Notes under the pieces: generated by a model | Databases searched by the model: none | What the model was told of the DNA's origin: nothing | Seen by the model: only the letters and a program-made list of their open reading frames with translations | Translations under genes and position numbers: made by a program | In this document: positions 12,009 through 24,941 of the stretch, one piece after another | How the letters are laid out: every line of letters begins with the position of its first letter | Position numbering within the stretch: the stretch's first letter is position 1 | From: Callorhinchus milii | Lineage: Eukaryota | Reading direction: 5' to 3' | NCBI RefSeq assembly: GCF_018977255.1 | Contig: NW_024704748.1 | Location: 24,118,001 to 24,182,000, forward strand | Length of the DNA stretch: 64,000 bases

Positions 12009-12140
12009 ATTGGGACAACATTGCATTAGTGGTTCCAGCACTCAGCTCCACGCTGCACTCAAATGGGTCAAGTGGCCTAAAATGATATCTGCTGACTTCT
12101 GCTCACGTTGTGACGGCTTCAGAAAGGTGACTATGTTACC
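12009..12140 (+). other. FAM53B: FAM53B exon 2, 5'UTR portion
   Basis: Polypyrimidine tract and acceptor ccctttttgtttttcatgttgccggcag| at 12008/12009. Confidence 0.7.
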
Positions 12141-12218
12141 ATGGTGACTCTTTTAACCAAAGGTCTGCAAAACAAGGGCTTGGATTATGGTATATGCAAT
12201 ACTTTCAACCCAGAACTG
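12141..12218 (+). CDS. FAM53B: FAM53B coding exon 1 (MVTLLTKGLQNKGLDYGICNTFNPEL)
   Basis: Kozak ACCATGG, 78 nt, donor CTG|GTAAGT. Resembles the FAM53B N-terminus and joins in phase 0 to HNPKKMS. Confidence 0.88.
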
Positions 12219-12342
12219 GTAAGTTTATTAATGTTCTCTGTTGCATGCATTTTTTTTAAAAAAAAAAGTAAATAATATCACAAAAGGCTTCTGCAGGTAG
12301 AAACTTTTTGTAAGGACTTCCTATTATATAATAGTAATGATA

Positions 12343-12521
12343 TAATCTTGCATTTTATACAGTGCTTTTCACGTCTTCACGTCTTTTATTTTTTTTCTTG
12401 AGGGATTATTATCAGGTGTGTGGAATAAGGAAACTTGCCCAAGGTTTTGCCCTGCCGGGAATCGAACCCAGGTCTCTCGCTTGCGAGGCGAGTGCTCCAA
12501 CCACCGAGCTACAGGACTCCA
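12343..12521 (-). mobile_element. tRNA-Ala SINE lacking the central body, followed by another SINE tail (12524-12620)
   Basis: Intact head (gagctacaggactccac) joined almost directly to the tail, with duplicated ttcacgtc at the junction. Confidence 0.8.
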
Positions 12522-15500
12522 CATTATAATAATAATGCTTGCATTTGATATAGCGCCTTATCATGTCTTCGAGGCATCTCAAAGCGCTTCACTGAATATA
12601 CTGTAGAGTGTAGTGACAGTATATTATATATACCCTAGTGGGCTTTCTGATACATGCTATTCACCTAGTGAGGGTTTAAACCTGCCATTGTCAGATGTAA
12701 AATGGTCTGTCCTTACCTTTCCCCGGGTGGGGGTGGGTTGGGATAAGCAGATTTTCCTTGGATCTGAACTGGCTCCAAGGCTCTACTTGGCAATGGAATG
12801 TTGGAATCGAGTCAACCCTCTGTGGCGGTCTCAGTTGTCTGGTTCCTGAGCCAGTTGAGCCCGCAGTATTCCCAACTCGCTGCTCGTGACACACCAACCA
12901 TTCTGTCTTATCGGCAGGACATTGGAGGGGCAGACCGGTCACTGGGGGGCAGTGGATAGTCATCCCAATTTGCAAGAATGTCGTAGAAGTACCCTTGGAG
13001 AGATCAATTGCTGCAGGGAAATTTGATTGCCGAAGAGTTCTAATGTGGAGGTTTCTGTTTCCAGGCATATTTACAGCACCATGAGCAGATAGCCAGAAAA
13101 CAATGAACCTCTTTTGTATTCTATTCACTATTTGTATACAGATCCTCTTTTATTCCAAGAATGCAATTTGCTTAACAGGTCTCTGGTTTAATTTCATTTC
13201 ACAGGCGGTAATATTCCGCAGAGCACTCTCTGTTTAGATACCAAAAGTGAATCAAAGCAAGATTGATAGCTGGGATAATGAAGTAAAGTTTATGCCCTGG
13301 GAAGCTGAAACATGACGTTGTGACTAGCAAGAAAATAAATGTTACTGTGGATTCACATGCTGAAAACCAATGCTGTTCTCAACTGAGATTTCAACTGGAG
13401 TCCTCTTTCCAGTATTTATATCTCAGGTAGTTTGTATTCTTGTGTTTGATTCCCCTTTATGATATTCAGCACTAAGTCTCCATCAAGAAATATTATTTCT
13501 GATGCATTTGGTTGTGCAAATTGGATCTGGGTTTAGTTTGGGGAATATTCTGTGCTTATTGAGTTAAATGCAATATTGCATAGTTGTGCATTCATTAAAG
13601 GTAAATCTATATATAATTTCATTTTAACTTTAAACGTGCTCTGCCATAGAATTGTAATAATAATCCTTGCATTTATTATTATTGTAACTCAGTTGCAGAG
13701 CAAGTTTAAAGTTGAAATGAAATGGAGTTTTACCCTTCAAGTTTCGGACTTCTGAATTCTGAGGTTTGTACCTTTCACACCTGCTACCAAGTCACAAATG
13801 GGGCTCCTGGTTTGCTGCAGATTAAAGTCGATATTCTGTCTATATACTCTGTCCTGGATGGTTGCACCTTTTAGCAACTAGCACCTAATATAAACAGGAT
13901 AATTTGTTGTTGTAAAATTATACAACCACTCCTGAACTTCGGACCAACTCATCATCTCTTTCTGATGTTGCAGCTTCTGCTAATTCTGACACAGTAAAAC
14001 CTATGATGTGCGTTGTGTAAATAGAGCCTATTCTGCGGGTTGCGTGGACCATGTGTAAACACAGGCTATGTAGAACGGCAGTTGACCGTAAAAAATGCAA
14101 TTACAAATTTTAATTAAAAATTATAAACATTTAAAGAAACGTTTACGCAACTCAACTCGCATAACAGGCCCCAAGCATTTTACAAGCGGTTTATACAATT
14201 TGAAGCTATCCGAGAATCCTCATTAATGGACCAGTTATAAATCGAGTTTTATAAAACCCGGGCTATTATCTTTCACGGCAGGACTGTGGTATGGATTGCA
14301 GCAGAGTTGCCTTGTATTGCTAGCGCGTTATTGATGACCGATTCAAGCACAAGTTTTGGAGTCAAGGGCGAGAAATTTCCCCAAGCCGTTAAGTGCAATA
14401 ATTTAGCAGCAAGGAGCGATTATCTGATATGCTAAATAGACTGAATGGCTTACTTATTGTCCATCGTTTATGTATTTACACTTACTGGCACAATGAATAT
14501 TTACCCCTAGCATTTTCCCCAGAAATACTATTCAAGGAAAGGAAGGCGATGGTATTCCATCCATTATCTGTCACATGTATTCCTATCCCGGTGGCTCTTT
14601 TGGTTTAGTGACAAACCAGTGGTGGAAATGGCTCTTAGAAAAGTGAATGTCTTCAAGATGTACAGTAAAACTCAAGCTTTATCTTTACAAATTGTATAAT
14701 TGCCTAAGATGTACATACACCACAGTCCCATTCAATTTCCTTTCAAAACCAGTTGAATTTCTTTGCACTACTCGTATTTATCACCTACTAACTCGTAATG
14801 CACTCCCCTACCCTCCATTACTCCCACACTAATGCATCGAATCGCGGGAAACTTAGTTCTGATCTGTCACCGAATGCGCAGAAGAACTTAAATACCCGCA
14901 ATTCAACACTGTTCCAATGCTTTCCAGTAAGTGCGCATGTGGCGATGAGTCAAGATGGGGAAATGTAGACTTGACCCATCCTCAATGGACACTGAATTAC
15001 ATTTGCGCAGTGCAGATTATTAATTAATTCGGATTCTATATGACTTATACAGTTTGTCTGTAACTTGACATTTGTGTACGTCATATGAATTATGGGCCCG
15101 ACTGATACAACTTGTGAGTATTACTATACTTTATTTATCACGGCCAGGAGCATCATTATTCAGGGCCTCTGTCCATACCCTAACTGTATCCATTCAGTAA
15201 TAGGGTATTGTAGTTCTGTTTAGATGGTGGGAGACGAAACCCATATTATGTTCTTTGACTCGGTTCAGTTCAAAGCTATTGAGCACTGAGTTCTGGGTGA
15301 GGACCATTACTCAGTCACATAAAAAAGTCCCTACATTTGGAGATGAAACCAAGATACCCATCCTCTGGAATAGTTCAACCAGGACTGCAAGAAGATCTAG
15401 TGAGCTTTAACAAAGCCTTCATGTATACGAACAGAGGAGCTGCTATTTAAAATCAATCCAAAGGTCTTCACAGAATGCCTGTGGCAAAGTGCCACACTCC

Positions 15501-16083
15501 AGTACTCCCGTGGAACTCCTCCCTCAGCAATACAGTCAGCTGAAATCCTTCAAGAGTTCCAAGGTAGAGTTAATCATCACATACTGAACCTGGGCATACA
15601 TTAAGTTAGGAAAATCCCAGACTTACCGATAGGCAACTTAAATGCAATATCCCCCCAAGTCTCTTTTTGAGCTTAGTTGCCAGTAAGGTCAGATTTGTGA
15701 GACACTGGTCTTTGTTAGAGCAAATATTTGCTGTTGGCTGCTATTCAGAAGTAAAATTAGCATTTATCACATCTCTGCCAAACAGATTTACAACAGTACG
15801 ATTGCACTCTGGCCTGCTGCACGAATGGAAGTTCTGGACTGGTTGTATTTCTTTATCACTGCTGTTAATAAATTTCAACAGTTATTTAAATGCTTTATAC
15901 TTTTATTGACTATCCAAACGTCATTGATTTCCCCGGTTGAGAATGACCTTATAAGTACATGACTGGACCCTGTGCTTCAGGGTTTGTCTGGACGGCAGAA
16001 AGTCACTTGTGGAGAAAGGAAAGAGACTGCTCACATCGTATAATGGGTTCTATTAGAGATACGTCAGTGCTCATAATTGTTCT

Positions 16084-16613
16084 TCTATACTAATAAAGAC
16101 GAAACATCTGTGTGTGTCTGTGTCCCCCCCAAGAATGCAATAACCGATTGACATAGAGACATGGTTTATATCTCATTGGAAAGGTCTTGCATGGGGGAGC
16201 GTCATGGGCATATTTTTGGGGCAGGTTCTCCTATCGTTGATGAACTAAATTACAAAATATATTAAAAATGCTTTAATTAAGCCCCAATAAAATATCAACA
16301 GAGGTCACACACCCTTCTAGAGAGATACATCTATACTAATAAAGACAAAATGTCTGCCTGTGTGTCAGGAGTCCTCCCACTGAGGCTTCCCACTGAGTCC
16401 TCCCAACAGGAGTCCTCCCAAAAGGCTATGTGTGCAAATATGTGAACAAGGGATGCTAACGAGTTCAATAGCACATTTTCTTAATCTTTACGGATAAAGA
16501 TGCCTAAGAAGCGAAGGTCAAGCCTTTCAAGGACAAATAAAAATGCCAGACGAAAGAGAGAAGGATGATTAAATGAAAATGGTTGCAAGTGTAGCTGCAC
16601 TGGGTACAGCTAG
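16084..16613 (+). mobile_element. Non-autonomous composite Helitron (two 5' ends, one 3' end)
   Basis: TCTATACTAATAAAGAC at 16084 and 16330 (the second preceded by A). Subterminal palindrome agtgtagctgcact at about 16588-16601 and 3' end CTAG|T at 16610-16614. Confidence 0.75.
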
Positions 16614-18342
16614 TATTTAATAAGTAAAACGGAAATTTTTCAGTGATACATTAACCCTTAGGGAGCTGTGAATGCCTCCTGTGGGAAGGGCCAGTTCTCT
16701 TGGGGAGGAAGAGGGAGATTTTTAGATGCACAAATAACTTAATAGTAATAATAATCCTTGCATTTGATATGATGTCTCATCACTTCATTGCGACGTCTCA
16801 AAGCATTTCACAGAATATATTGTCAATGTGGATTGACTATGTATTTTGTGGGTGAAAGTTGATGCAATCCTGTGTTAGTCTTTGATCTTTTATCTTGGTT
16901 CGTTGGTTGTAACACCAGGCCACAAATAACTGCTTTTTAAACAGAATTGCTCCCATTTCCCAACAACAACAAATTACATTTGTATAGCGCTTTTCCTATC
17001 GGGAGGACGTCCCAAGGTTCTGACCTCTATTTCCCTAAAATAGGTGGTGGGAGCTGGAGGGAAGCAAAAAAAAGTAAGAAATAGATTTTTGAAGTCAAAA
17101 ATGTAATAGTTCAAATGAATAAAAAGAGCAGAGAGAAAATAGGGAAAAAGTAGTGGAAACAAAAGAAATATAAATAACAACAACTTGCAATTACATTGTG
17201 CCCTTCATATGGGGTAGCATCTAGGGGCGCTTTAAATATAAAAGGGTAAAAGAAAAGAGCAGGGACTAAATGGGTAGACACCTTTCTAACCTCCTGTGAA
17301 ATTCTGAGCAATAATATACAAGGTCATTTTTGGAATTGTTAATTTTTACTTTAAATGATGCCTATTTGCGATTGTATTAGTTAGTTAATAAAAAAACAAA
17401 GCTATCCTGATGTTTTTGTTGCTGGATAGAGGGTCTATTCAGCATCGCAATGGGTACATGGAGTTAGTCACCCTCTCAGAGATGGCAGATCTGCCAAACA
17501 GTCACCCAAGGGTTAAGAGTTTTGTTATAAATAGATTCTAATGTGGCCGCAAATTGATAAATGACTCGTGAAGCTGACCATAACTCACTTGCAAATAGTT
17601 ACGATATCTCACTGTTGGCCGAGACACAGCATCTCTCTTACCAACTGCTGTGAGTGAGAAATATTTTGAGTGGATTCCTTTTAGTACGATGAACCTTTGA
17701 AAGTGGATACTATATCGTGTAAATACCATTATGATAGAAATGTTCGAATGTAATTAGATCAAGGTCCCTTGCCACTCACCGTAGGTTGCTGGTGTTGATG
17801 TTAAGATATCCTTGTGTAGCTGAGACCTTGCTCCAAAAAAGCCAGTACTATCATATCTTAGGGATCTCCTGGCACTTGCAAATAGTGTGTGCACACATGA
17901 GTAAGATTAAAGTTCAGAAAAAGGGCAAACAAGTCAGCATGGGGCGGGGTGGGGGGGTGATGGGGGAATGAAGGATGAGGAGGAAGATTTTGGATTGATT
18001 TGGATCACCTGCTTTTTTAAAGCAACTGACGTATGGCTCTTTAATCTTTACAGCAAGTTTCCACTCTTCGTTTTAGTAATTTCCTTCTCTTGCTCAAAGA
18101 AGAAGCAAATTCTTAACAAAATTGTACCGCAGCAAGTTAGAGTGACGCGTGCAATAATAACAGTGATAATTATCAGGAGGATGTCTCAAAGTGCTTCGCA
18201 GGATTCACTGTAAAGTGTAGCGACTGTGTATTTTGTTGGCAAACTCTTTGCATGTAAGTCGAGTAATGTAAAAGGACTTTCTCTATTAAAGCACTCGAGG
18301 AGCATGTATTCCGATTTAAACTTCTCTTTTGATTATTTTCAG

Positions 18343-18397
18343 CACAATCCAAAGAAGATGAGTAAAGGGCCTACTCTCTTCTCATGTGGAGTTATGG
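18343..18397 (+). CDS. FAM53B: FAM53B coding exon 2 (HNPKKMSKGPTLFSCGVM)
   Basis: Acceptor ttattttcag|, donor G|GTAAGT, 55 nt. PKKMS.GPTLFSCG is diagnostic of FAM53B rather than FAM53A or FAM53C. Confidence 0.93.
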
Positions 18398-18469
18398 GTA
18401 AGTTTTAGTGCTGTAATCTGTTTTGTAAGTGGTGGTAATTGATATAAATTCATCTTATGGTGTATCATT

Positions 18470-18672
18470 AACGGTCTTGTAGGGTATACAAGGGTAAGGG
18501 CAGCATGAGCATCATTTGACACCAAGAAATATCTCCAGAGGCCAATTATTAGAGGTATTAAAGGGGAAAGGGTGGGACAATGGGATAAAAAGACCTTTCA
18601 AGGTCAAATAAATCGGTGGGACAGGCTCGATGGAACAAATGGCCACATTCCCCTGTTTTCCTACGTTCCTAG
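18470..18672 (+). mobile_element. CR1-like 3' tail
   Basis: gaggtattaaaggg..ggtgggacaggctcgatggaacaaatggccacattccctgttttcctacgttcc. Confidence 0.5.
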
Positions 18673-18859
18673 GTACTGTCAACCAGGCTGCAGCCTCTGG
18701 TGTCACAGTTCACGGATTGGTGACAGAAACCTGTTCCATTAAAGAGAATTTTCTTTCTTAAAATGCACACAAAAGGGTTTGATGCTTGAGGAAAAATGTC
18801 CAAAGTTATTTTCAGAGTATGTGAATCAGTGCCCAGAGGATCTACATAATGTGTCCCAA

Positions 18860-19000
18860 ACATAGGGACATAGGAACAGCAGTCGGCCATTCAGCCCCTC
18901 AAGTCTGTTCCACCATTCTATTAAATCATGGCTGATCTGTACTTCAACTTCAATTACCCACTTTTGCCCCATATCCCTTGATACCCTGACCTAATAAATA
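18860..19000 (-). mobile_element. CR1-like 3' tail
   Basis: cataggaacagcagtcggccattcagcccctcaagtctgttccaccattc..catggctgatctgtac..ccatatcccttgataccc is the typical reverse of a shark CR1 3' end. Confidence 0.7.
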
Positions 19001-19778
19001 TTACAGGTACAACATAAGGGGCACAAAAGATGACTCTCCAAATCGGAGGGATTACTTTTGGAAGTCCCAGCCTTGCCTCTTAGAGTTGCGGCAAAGATAT
19101 AAGGCAAAGAAAGTTTTAAGGTTAAGTGAACTTAAGCTGATCTTCTCAATACCATAGATCCCGTGTATCTGCCAATACCTGGCAGATGGATGCAAATGTT
19201 ACCGTTGTTACCTCAGCCTTTTTGAGAGCTGCATTGGCAAAGATCTGGGTGAGGACCTGAGTCGGTCCCTCTCAACTTTCTCCTCTGTAGGGAATAGTAG
19301 GTCAATGAGAGTCTAACTAAGTGGGAGAAACAACTTACAATAATAAGGGGTGAAGGAAATCAAGAAACAAATCATTTGGTGGAAGGTCTCGAGATTCCAG
19401 TCACTGAAAGCAGTAGCTCATGAAACTAGGAGGTGTGAAGTTTTGGCGTGCTATCAATAACATCACCCATGCACAGAATGAGCCGAATCAGCAAACTCTC
19501 CCACTACTCATGCCTCTACCATTCTCTTAAAGCAACTAAGGGGTTTTAGGATGTTTCAGCCATGTTGAGCCACATTTCTAATCTTTCAGAAGGAATTGTA
19601 AATCAGTTCGATTGATCGAAATTCAGATATTTGCCTAAAACTCCTTCTATACCTACTCATCGAGGAGAGCCTTGATAAACGGAAGTTGTGATTTTTCGCA
19701 ATAAGAGGGCTTATATGAAAAGTGCATTGTTAAACTTATCCCAAGAAAGTTCTTGTGAAGACTGCAGCATTTCGGATG

Positions 19779-19932
19779 TAATAATAATAATAATCCTTGC
19801 ATTCGATGTCGCGTGTTGTCATGTCGTTGAGACGTGTCAAAGAGCTTCACGGAATGTATTGTGAAGTGGATTGACTGTGCACTTTGTGGGTGAAACGCAG
19901 CAGCCAATGGCGCACAGCAGTGTCCTACAAAT
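19779..19932 (-). mobile_element. SINE 3' half
   Basis: (aat)n ccttgcattcgat..gcagccaatggcgcacagcagtgtcc. Confidence 0.75.
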
Positions 19933-20679
19933 GTAGAAGCCTCAGTCCCTTTAAGAAAACAGGAGACACAGACAGTGGGAGAGTTTGCTGAGCAATGTTT
20001 ACGCCAAGCATGCGTAATGACATTTTAGCACGCCAAGATTTTGCACACCTCCTTGTTTAAAGGAATTTTGCTTTCAGTTCCTGGAAGCATGCGACTATCA
20101 GATGATATTTTATTTATTTCCACCCTTCACTATTTATTGGATATTTCTCCCACACTGTTATGTCCTCTAATGACCTACCATTTCCCGCTGGGTGAGGGAA
20201 TGAATTAAAGTACACTGAGATCTCTCTAGCAATGCCAGTGGTTGAAACCAAGCAGCTTAATCTGTTACTATAGTGAGTGGCTTGGGTTGGTTGGAGCAGT
20301 AAAGTCACGGTGGCAGAAATGCATGATTATTCAGTGATAGTCTTATAAACCCTTGTATTGTGGAAACGCAGCTTCAAACACTTGAAAAGCAGCTACTGCA
20401 TATTAAGGATTGTGCTGCTCTTGAATTTCCATCATTATTTGAGTTACTGATCAGTAAATTGGTAGATTATGATACTCTTACAGTGGCCTGTGTGTTTGGA
20501 GACAGCAGGCTGTATTGCTAAAATACAGTGACCATAAGGCACTAATGATCTAAGTTTTTAAAGCTGATATACTTTTATTATTCCTGTTGCATGGAAATAC
20601 CTTACCACCCATTCCACTGTATGGGGAAAGGGGTCTGACTCCATTGGAGAATCTCCACTTTGTGGAATATTATGTTTAA

Positions 20680-21088
20680 AGAACCCACATGACATTATTC
20701 AAACAGAAGGGAATAGCAAAGGGAAGGGAGTATTTCCCAGTGTCCTGGCCAATAATCCTCCAGTTATTGTTCATGCCCCACCTGATTGCTAGTAAGACAT
20801 TGCTGTGAACAAATTGGCTGCCACGTTTGCCTTCAAATACAGTCACAGAAACTACAAAAACTCAATGAAACTTTTGAGATGAATTGATATGATGAGGTGT
20901 TCTAGCAGATGCAAAGATTATTATTATTATCATGGCTGTTTGTCATTGCTGTGAACATTGCTGTGAGCAAACTGTCTGCCATGTTTCACCCATAAAATGC
21001 ACAGTCAATCCACTTTACAGCATGTGAAGGGTTCTGAGACGTCTCCACGACGTGATAAGGTTCTGCATCAAATGCAAGGATTATTGTT
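20680..21088 (+). mobile_element. Two head-to-tail old Deu-SINE bodies
   Basis: cccagtgtcctggccaat..acattgctgtgaacaaattggctgcc..atgcaaagattattatt, followed immediately by a second body ending caaatgcaaggattattg. Confidence 0.65.
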
Positions 21089-21411
21089 AATATCAGCAGC
21101 AGGAAGGCAAGAGCGGCACATGCATTCAGTGAGGCTGACTGCATCACAGTTTCTTGTTGCAAAACATGCGTAACACCGAAAACTGCCAATAAACACACTT
21201 GTCACTCAGGGTAGAAGGAGATACTTGTGGTGAAGACCATGAGCACTGCAAAAGCAACAACCTCTGATTCAGCAAGGTTGTTTGTATTCTGGGTGGAATG
21301 GATAAGTTTGTGATTGTTACTGCAATGTTTTATAATCCTGTCATCTTTAGTTTTGAGATCGGACTCTCGCACATCCAACCGCAGATTTCCTAAATGCCAC
21401 AAATCCATCCT

Positions 21412-21735
21412 TATAATAATAATAATAATCCTTGCATTTGATATAGTGCTTTTCACGTCGGGAGGACGTCCCAAAGCGCTTCACAGAACACACTGTAAAG
21501 TGAATTGACTGTATATTTGTGGGCGAACGCGGCAGCCAATTGCGCACAGCAATGTCCCACAAACAGTCGTAGATGAAAATGACCAATTTATTATTGTTTG
21601 GGGTTTTTGGAGGGATTATTATTAGGCTCTGTGTGGAGTAAGGAAACTTGCCCAAGGTTTCGCCCTCTGCCTGGAATTGAACTCAGGTCTCTCGCTTGCA
21701 AAGCGAGTGCTCTAACCACTGAGCTACAGGACTCC
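21412..21735 (-). mobile_element. Young full-length tRNA-Ala/Deu SINE
   Basis: Head ggagtcctgtagctcagtggttagagcactcgctttgcaagcgagagacctgagttcaattcc with A and B boxes, body and (ATT)n tail. Near-identical to the copies at 35185 and 62848. Confidence 0.92.
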
Positions 21736-22159
21736 TTGCTCCGAGCAAAGAAACATCTACAAAGCAGAAGTTCAAAGTGGGGGGAAAAAAGTAGTGCAGT
21801 TCACATCTCTAGACTGTACACAGCCAGAAAGTGTATTTCACTGCGGGATAGTTTGTCAGTTCGGCAAAACAGAATGTTTTCTGTCAAATAAATTTGCAAG
21901 ACATTTCACAGAACCAGCAATTATTATTTTTAGCTTTCAGTCATTTCAGTCCTTTCTTGGTTTTGTTTTTTGCACCTTTTTGCACCTTGAACCTTTCGTT
22001 CAAGTACCAAGAACCCTGAAACTGTTTAAGGAAATCCTGAAATATATTTAAAAGGCCCCAGTAAACTGAAGACAATGTATTTGAGTCCTTTCTGAATCAT
22101 TTTGCTCAATGACTACTGTCCCTGTAACTTGTCAATGTAAAATTATTCCAAATTGGGTG

Positions 22160-22324
22160 TCAATCCACAACTGTTTGTGCGACACTGCTGTGCACAATTG
22201 GCTGCCACTTTTCGCCCACAAAATACACAGTCAATCCACTTGACAATATATTCTGAAAAGCGCTTTGAGACATTTCAACAAAATGATAAGGTGCTCTATC
22301 AAATGCAAGGATTATTATTATATT
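22160..22324 (+). mobile_element. SINE 3' half
   Basis: caatccacaactgtttgtgcgacactgctgtgcacaattggctgcc..atcaaatgcaaggattattatt. Confidence 0.8.
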
Positions 22325-24424
22325 AATTTGTCATATTCTTATGACTTACCTTCTGATTGCTTCCAAATAATTTCTTTGGAAATTTTTTTTGGTTTGCTTT
22401 GTTCTTTGGTAAACTGGATAATTTTTATTCTAAGTTTGCGTTGCTCTTGAAGAGTAAGTAAACAGGATTTTAATATAGATTTCTCAAACTTTAGCCAGGC
22501 TCTGTTATACAGCGCCCAGACTTTCAAAACTGTTCTAGTCTTGCCCGATAGCCTGAAGATGATGTAAAGCACCTTGCTATCGCTAACAGTGAATTGGTTG
22601 ATTTCCTTCGAGTGCATATTGTGTCTGGTATCTGTAGCCAGCCATGAAAAGGCTTCCTTTGCTTCTCCCTCTCAATTCCATACTTAATTGAAAGGTGTGT
22701 ATTCATTTGGTATAAGATTTTTAAAAATTTTTTTTAAGAGTTGGCTTGGGAATGATTTCTACTGTGGAGTTTTCTCAGAAGGTAAGCTAGTGTTTGCTTA
22801 CCATCAGACCTGGGAAGTGGCTACATGATCCTGTTTGTGGCACAAATTCAATCCCGCTGTAATGACCCATTGCTCACCTTTCCACTTCAGTTCCTACTCA
22901 CAATACCAGTGCTCCAGAACACAGTGTAACACTCATTGACTTGAAAATGTTGGCATGTCTCAATTTGCGTCAATGCCATGTACTGACAGACACGGATTGT
23001 GTTGATGAGCTGAAAATTGCTATCTGGCCGACTGATGAACGAATGGCGTGTATTTGTGGCTGAGGAATAGCTCTGTGAATTTAATATTTAATTACTATTT
23101 TAATTACTGATTTTCAAGGGGGCACTCCATCACTTCTGCGTACTAGGGTGGATGATGCTCAAATGACAACGTGGAGAGTAGCAAAGTCCTTTGGCCTTCA
23201 TTAAAGGTTACTTAAATTAATAAAAATTCCAAATTAAATTACAAATTAAATCACCATTGCTAATTACAAAATGCCATATTAACACAACAATGGACGCCTG
23301 TGGTATGATAAATATTTTCACTCGTGAGTTGATCGTAACTAACTAGTGATGTAGAATGATCCCTGAGCATCTGCCAGATCATCTGAAAACATCATCTCAT
23401 ACAGTCGTTCAAGAGTGTGAATTAAAGAATTTCTTTCCTGTTGAATGAATGAGAAGCAGTAGTTTGATAAGTTGCCTCTTCTGTGACGTTGTCCACAGCA
23501 CCAGCCTAGTGCTTCGTGGTACAGTTCATTGAAACAGGAACTGCTTCTATATCAGCATAAGCAGTGGCTGAAGGCCATCATCAAATGCCTGAAATTCCAC
23601 CTGGTTTTAATCTGACATTTTTTTCCCTCGAAAAAAATTGTGGAAAATTCTTAAACTTAGTCTCCATTTGAAAGATGGTTCTTTCTAATAATCAGCTTCC
23701 AAATTAAACTGAAAGCAAGGATTTTCTACAATGTTCCATTTTCTTAAAGTTTAAGGCAACGGCGGTCTTACAGGCTAAGACTAAATAAAATTTTGAGGCT
23801 CTGTTGCTTAAAGGGGAAGTGTATTCCATTGGCTTGCTCCACAAAGGGAGATTAGTACATTTATCATCTTTTACTCATTTCTGGCTCTGTTATATGCTTT
23901 GAACTCTATACAGTATAATGGACCATCTGGAAGCAGATATTTTGTGTAGAACATCTGCTCCGATATTGCGAATGAGGAAGTCTATCAGTATTTTTGAAGC
24001 AAAGGCACAATGTGTGATATCTCTTATTGATGATGGAACAATTGTTAGTTGACTGAACTTCCTCTTTAGTAAAAAAAACTTTGAAGACATGCTTTTCCAA
24101 GTGATTAAACTTGAGCTCAAATGGAACAATATACGTTAGTGCAGCGTTGGTGTTGGCTGAATGTCCAATACTTAGATTTTATTGTAGACAAATTCGAAAG
24201 TATAAATATCTGGCATATTTTCTTTGAAATGAAGAGCAGAGTTGCTCCCATTACCAGGGCTGCTATTTGCAATGTCCACAGAGTGCGGGAACTGCTGAAT
24301 GGTTTAAATGTAATTGAATTGGGCAGAGGATTGGAATAAGCAATTCCTCAATCCAGCTGGACCTGTCTACCTTTGCATTGTCTCAAGGCCAAATGCAGTA
24401 AGTCACAGTCTCGGGGTCCTACCC

Positions 24425-24660
24425 CAACGCCGGGGTTCCCAAGCCTTGGCTCTTGCCAATCTACGCCTAATACTTTCCTGAATTAGGTAAGCAGGGTGCG
24501 GCCCTCCAGGGAGAGAGTGCGCATTCTATTTCAACAATCTGTCTCTCTAATTTCCATGTGTAAGTGGGATGCATGCCGTTCTCAGGTTTGGATGCTCTTT
24601 AAACACGGTGATGGGTTTCCTCATGTGTCAGACACCCAGCTGCCCCCCAAAAAGTGCAGT
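24425..24660 (+). repeat. Unclassified interspersed repeat, copy 1
   Basis: Colinear similarity with 37788-38008, e.g. ttcccaag.cttggctct..ctacgccta..ggtaagcagg..ccatgtgtaagt..atgggtttcc.catgtgtca. Confidence 0.75.
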
Positions 24661-24941
24661 GACTAGACACAATGATGGAGCCCCTTGTGTGTTTCTTTTT
24701 ACCCCATCAAAAGTCAGGGCCAGATTAGACGGACTGCCTGGATTGACGCTGACTTGCCCTGATTTTCTTTAACCAAATGACTTAACTTTTTGTTTTGCAA
24801 GGGTGAGAATACGTTAAAATTATTTCAAAAGGTAGGTTTAAACGAAGATTCTTATAGTCTATGTGAACTTGATGCAGATGCATCTGCGTGGCTAAAACAC
24901 TAATTGAAGCCTACTTATTTTTTTGTTCCCTTTTTGAAAAG

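Noticed and set aside
12691-13128. 145-aa minus-strand ORF
   Set aside because: No recognisable domain. It may be a decayed transposon, but this is not supportable.
21660-21735. tRNA-Ala(TGC) gene (also at 5715, 12450, 27520, 35185, 63105)
   Set aside because: Each is the head of a SINE attached to the same body and tail, and the acceptor stem is imperfect.
23900-24150. Faint L1/Tx1 RT-like translation (CVISLIDDGTIV) on the + strand
   Set aside because: Too degenerate, with stops and no intact YADD/FADD motif, to call without a profile search.
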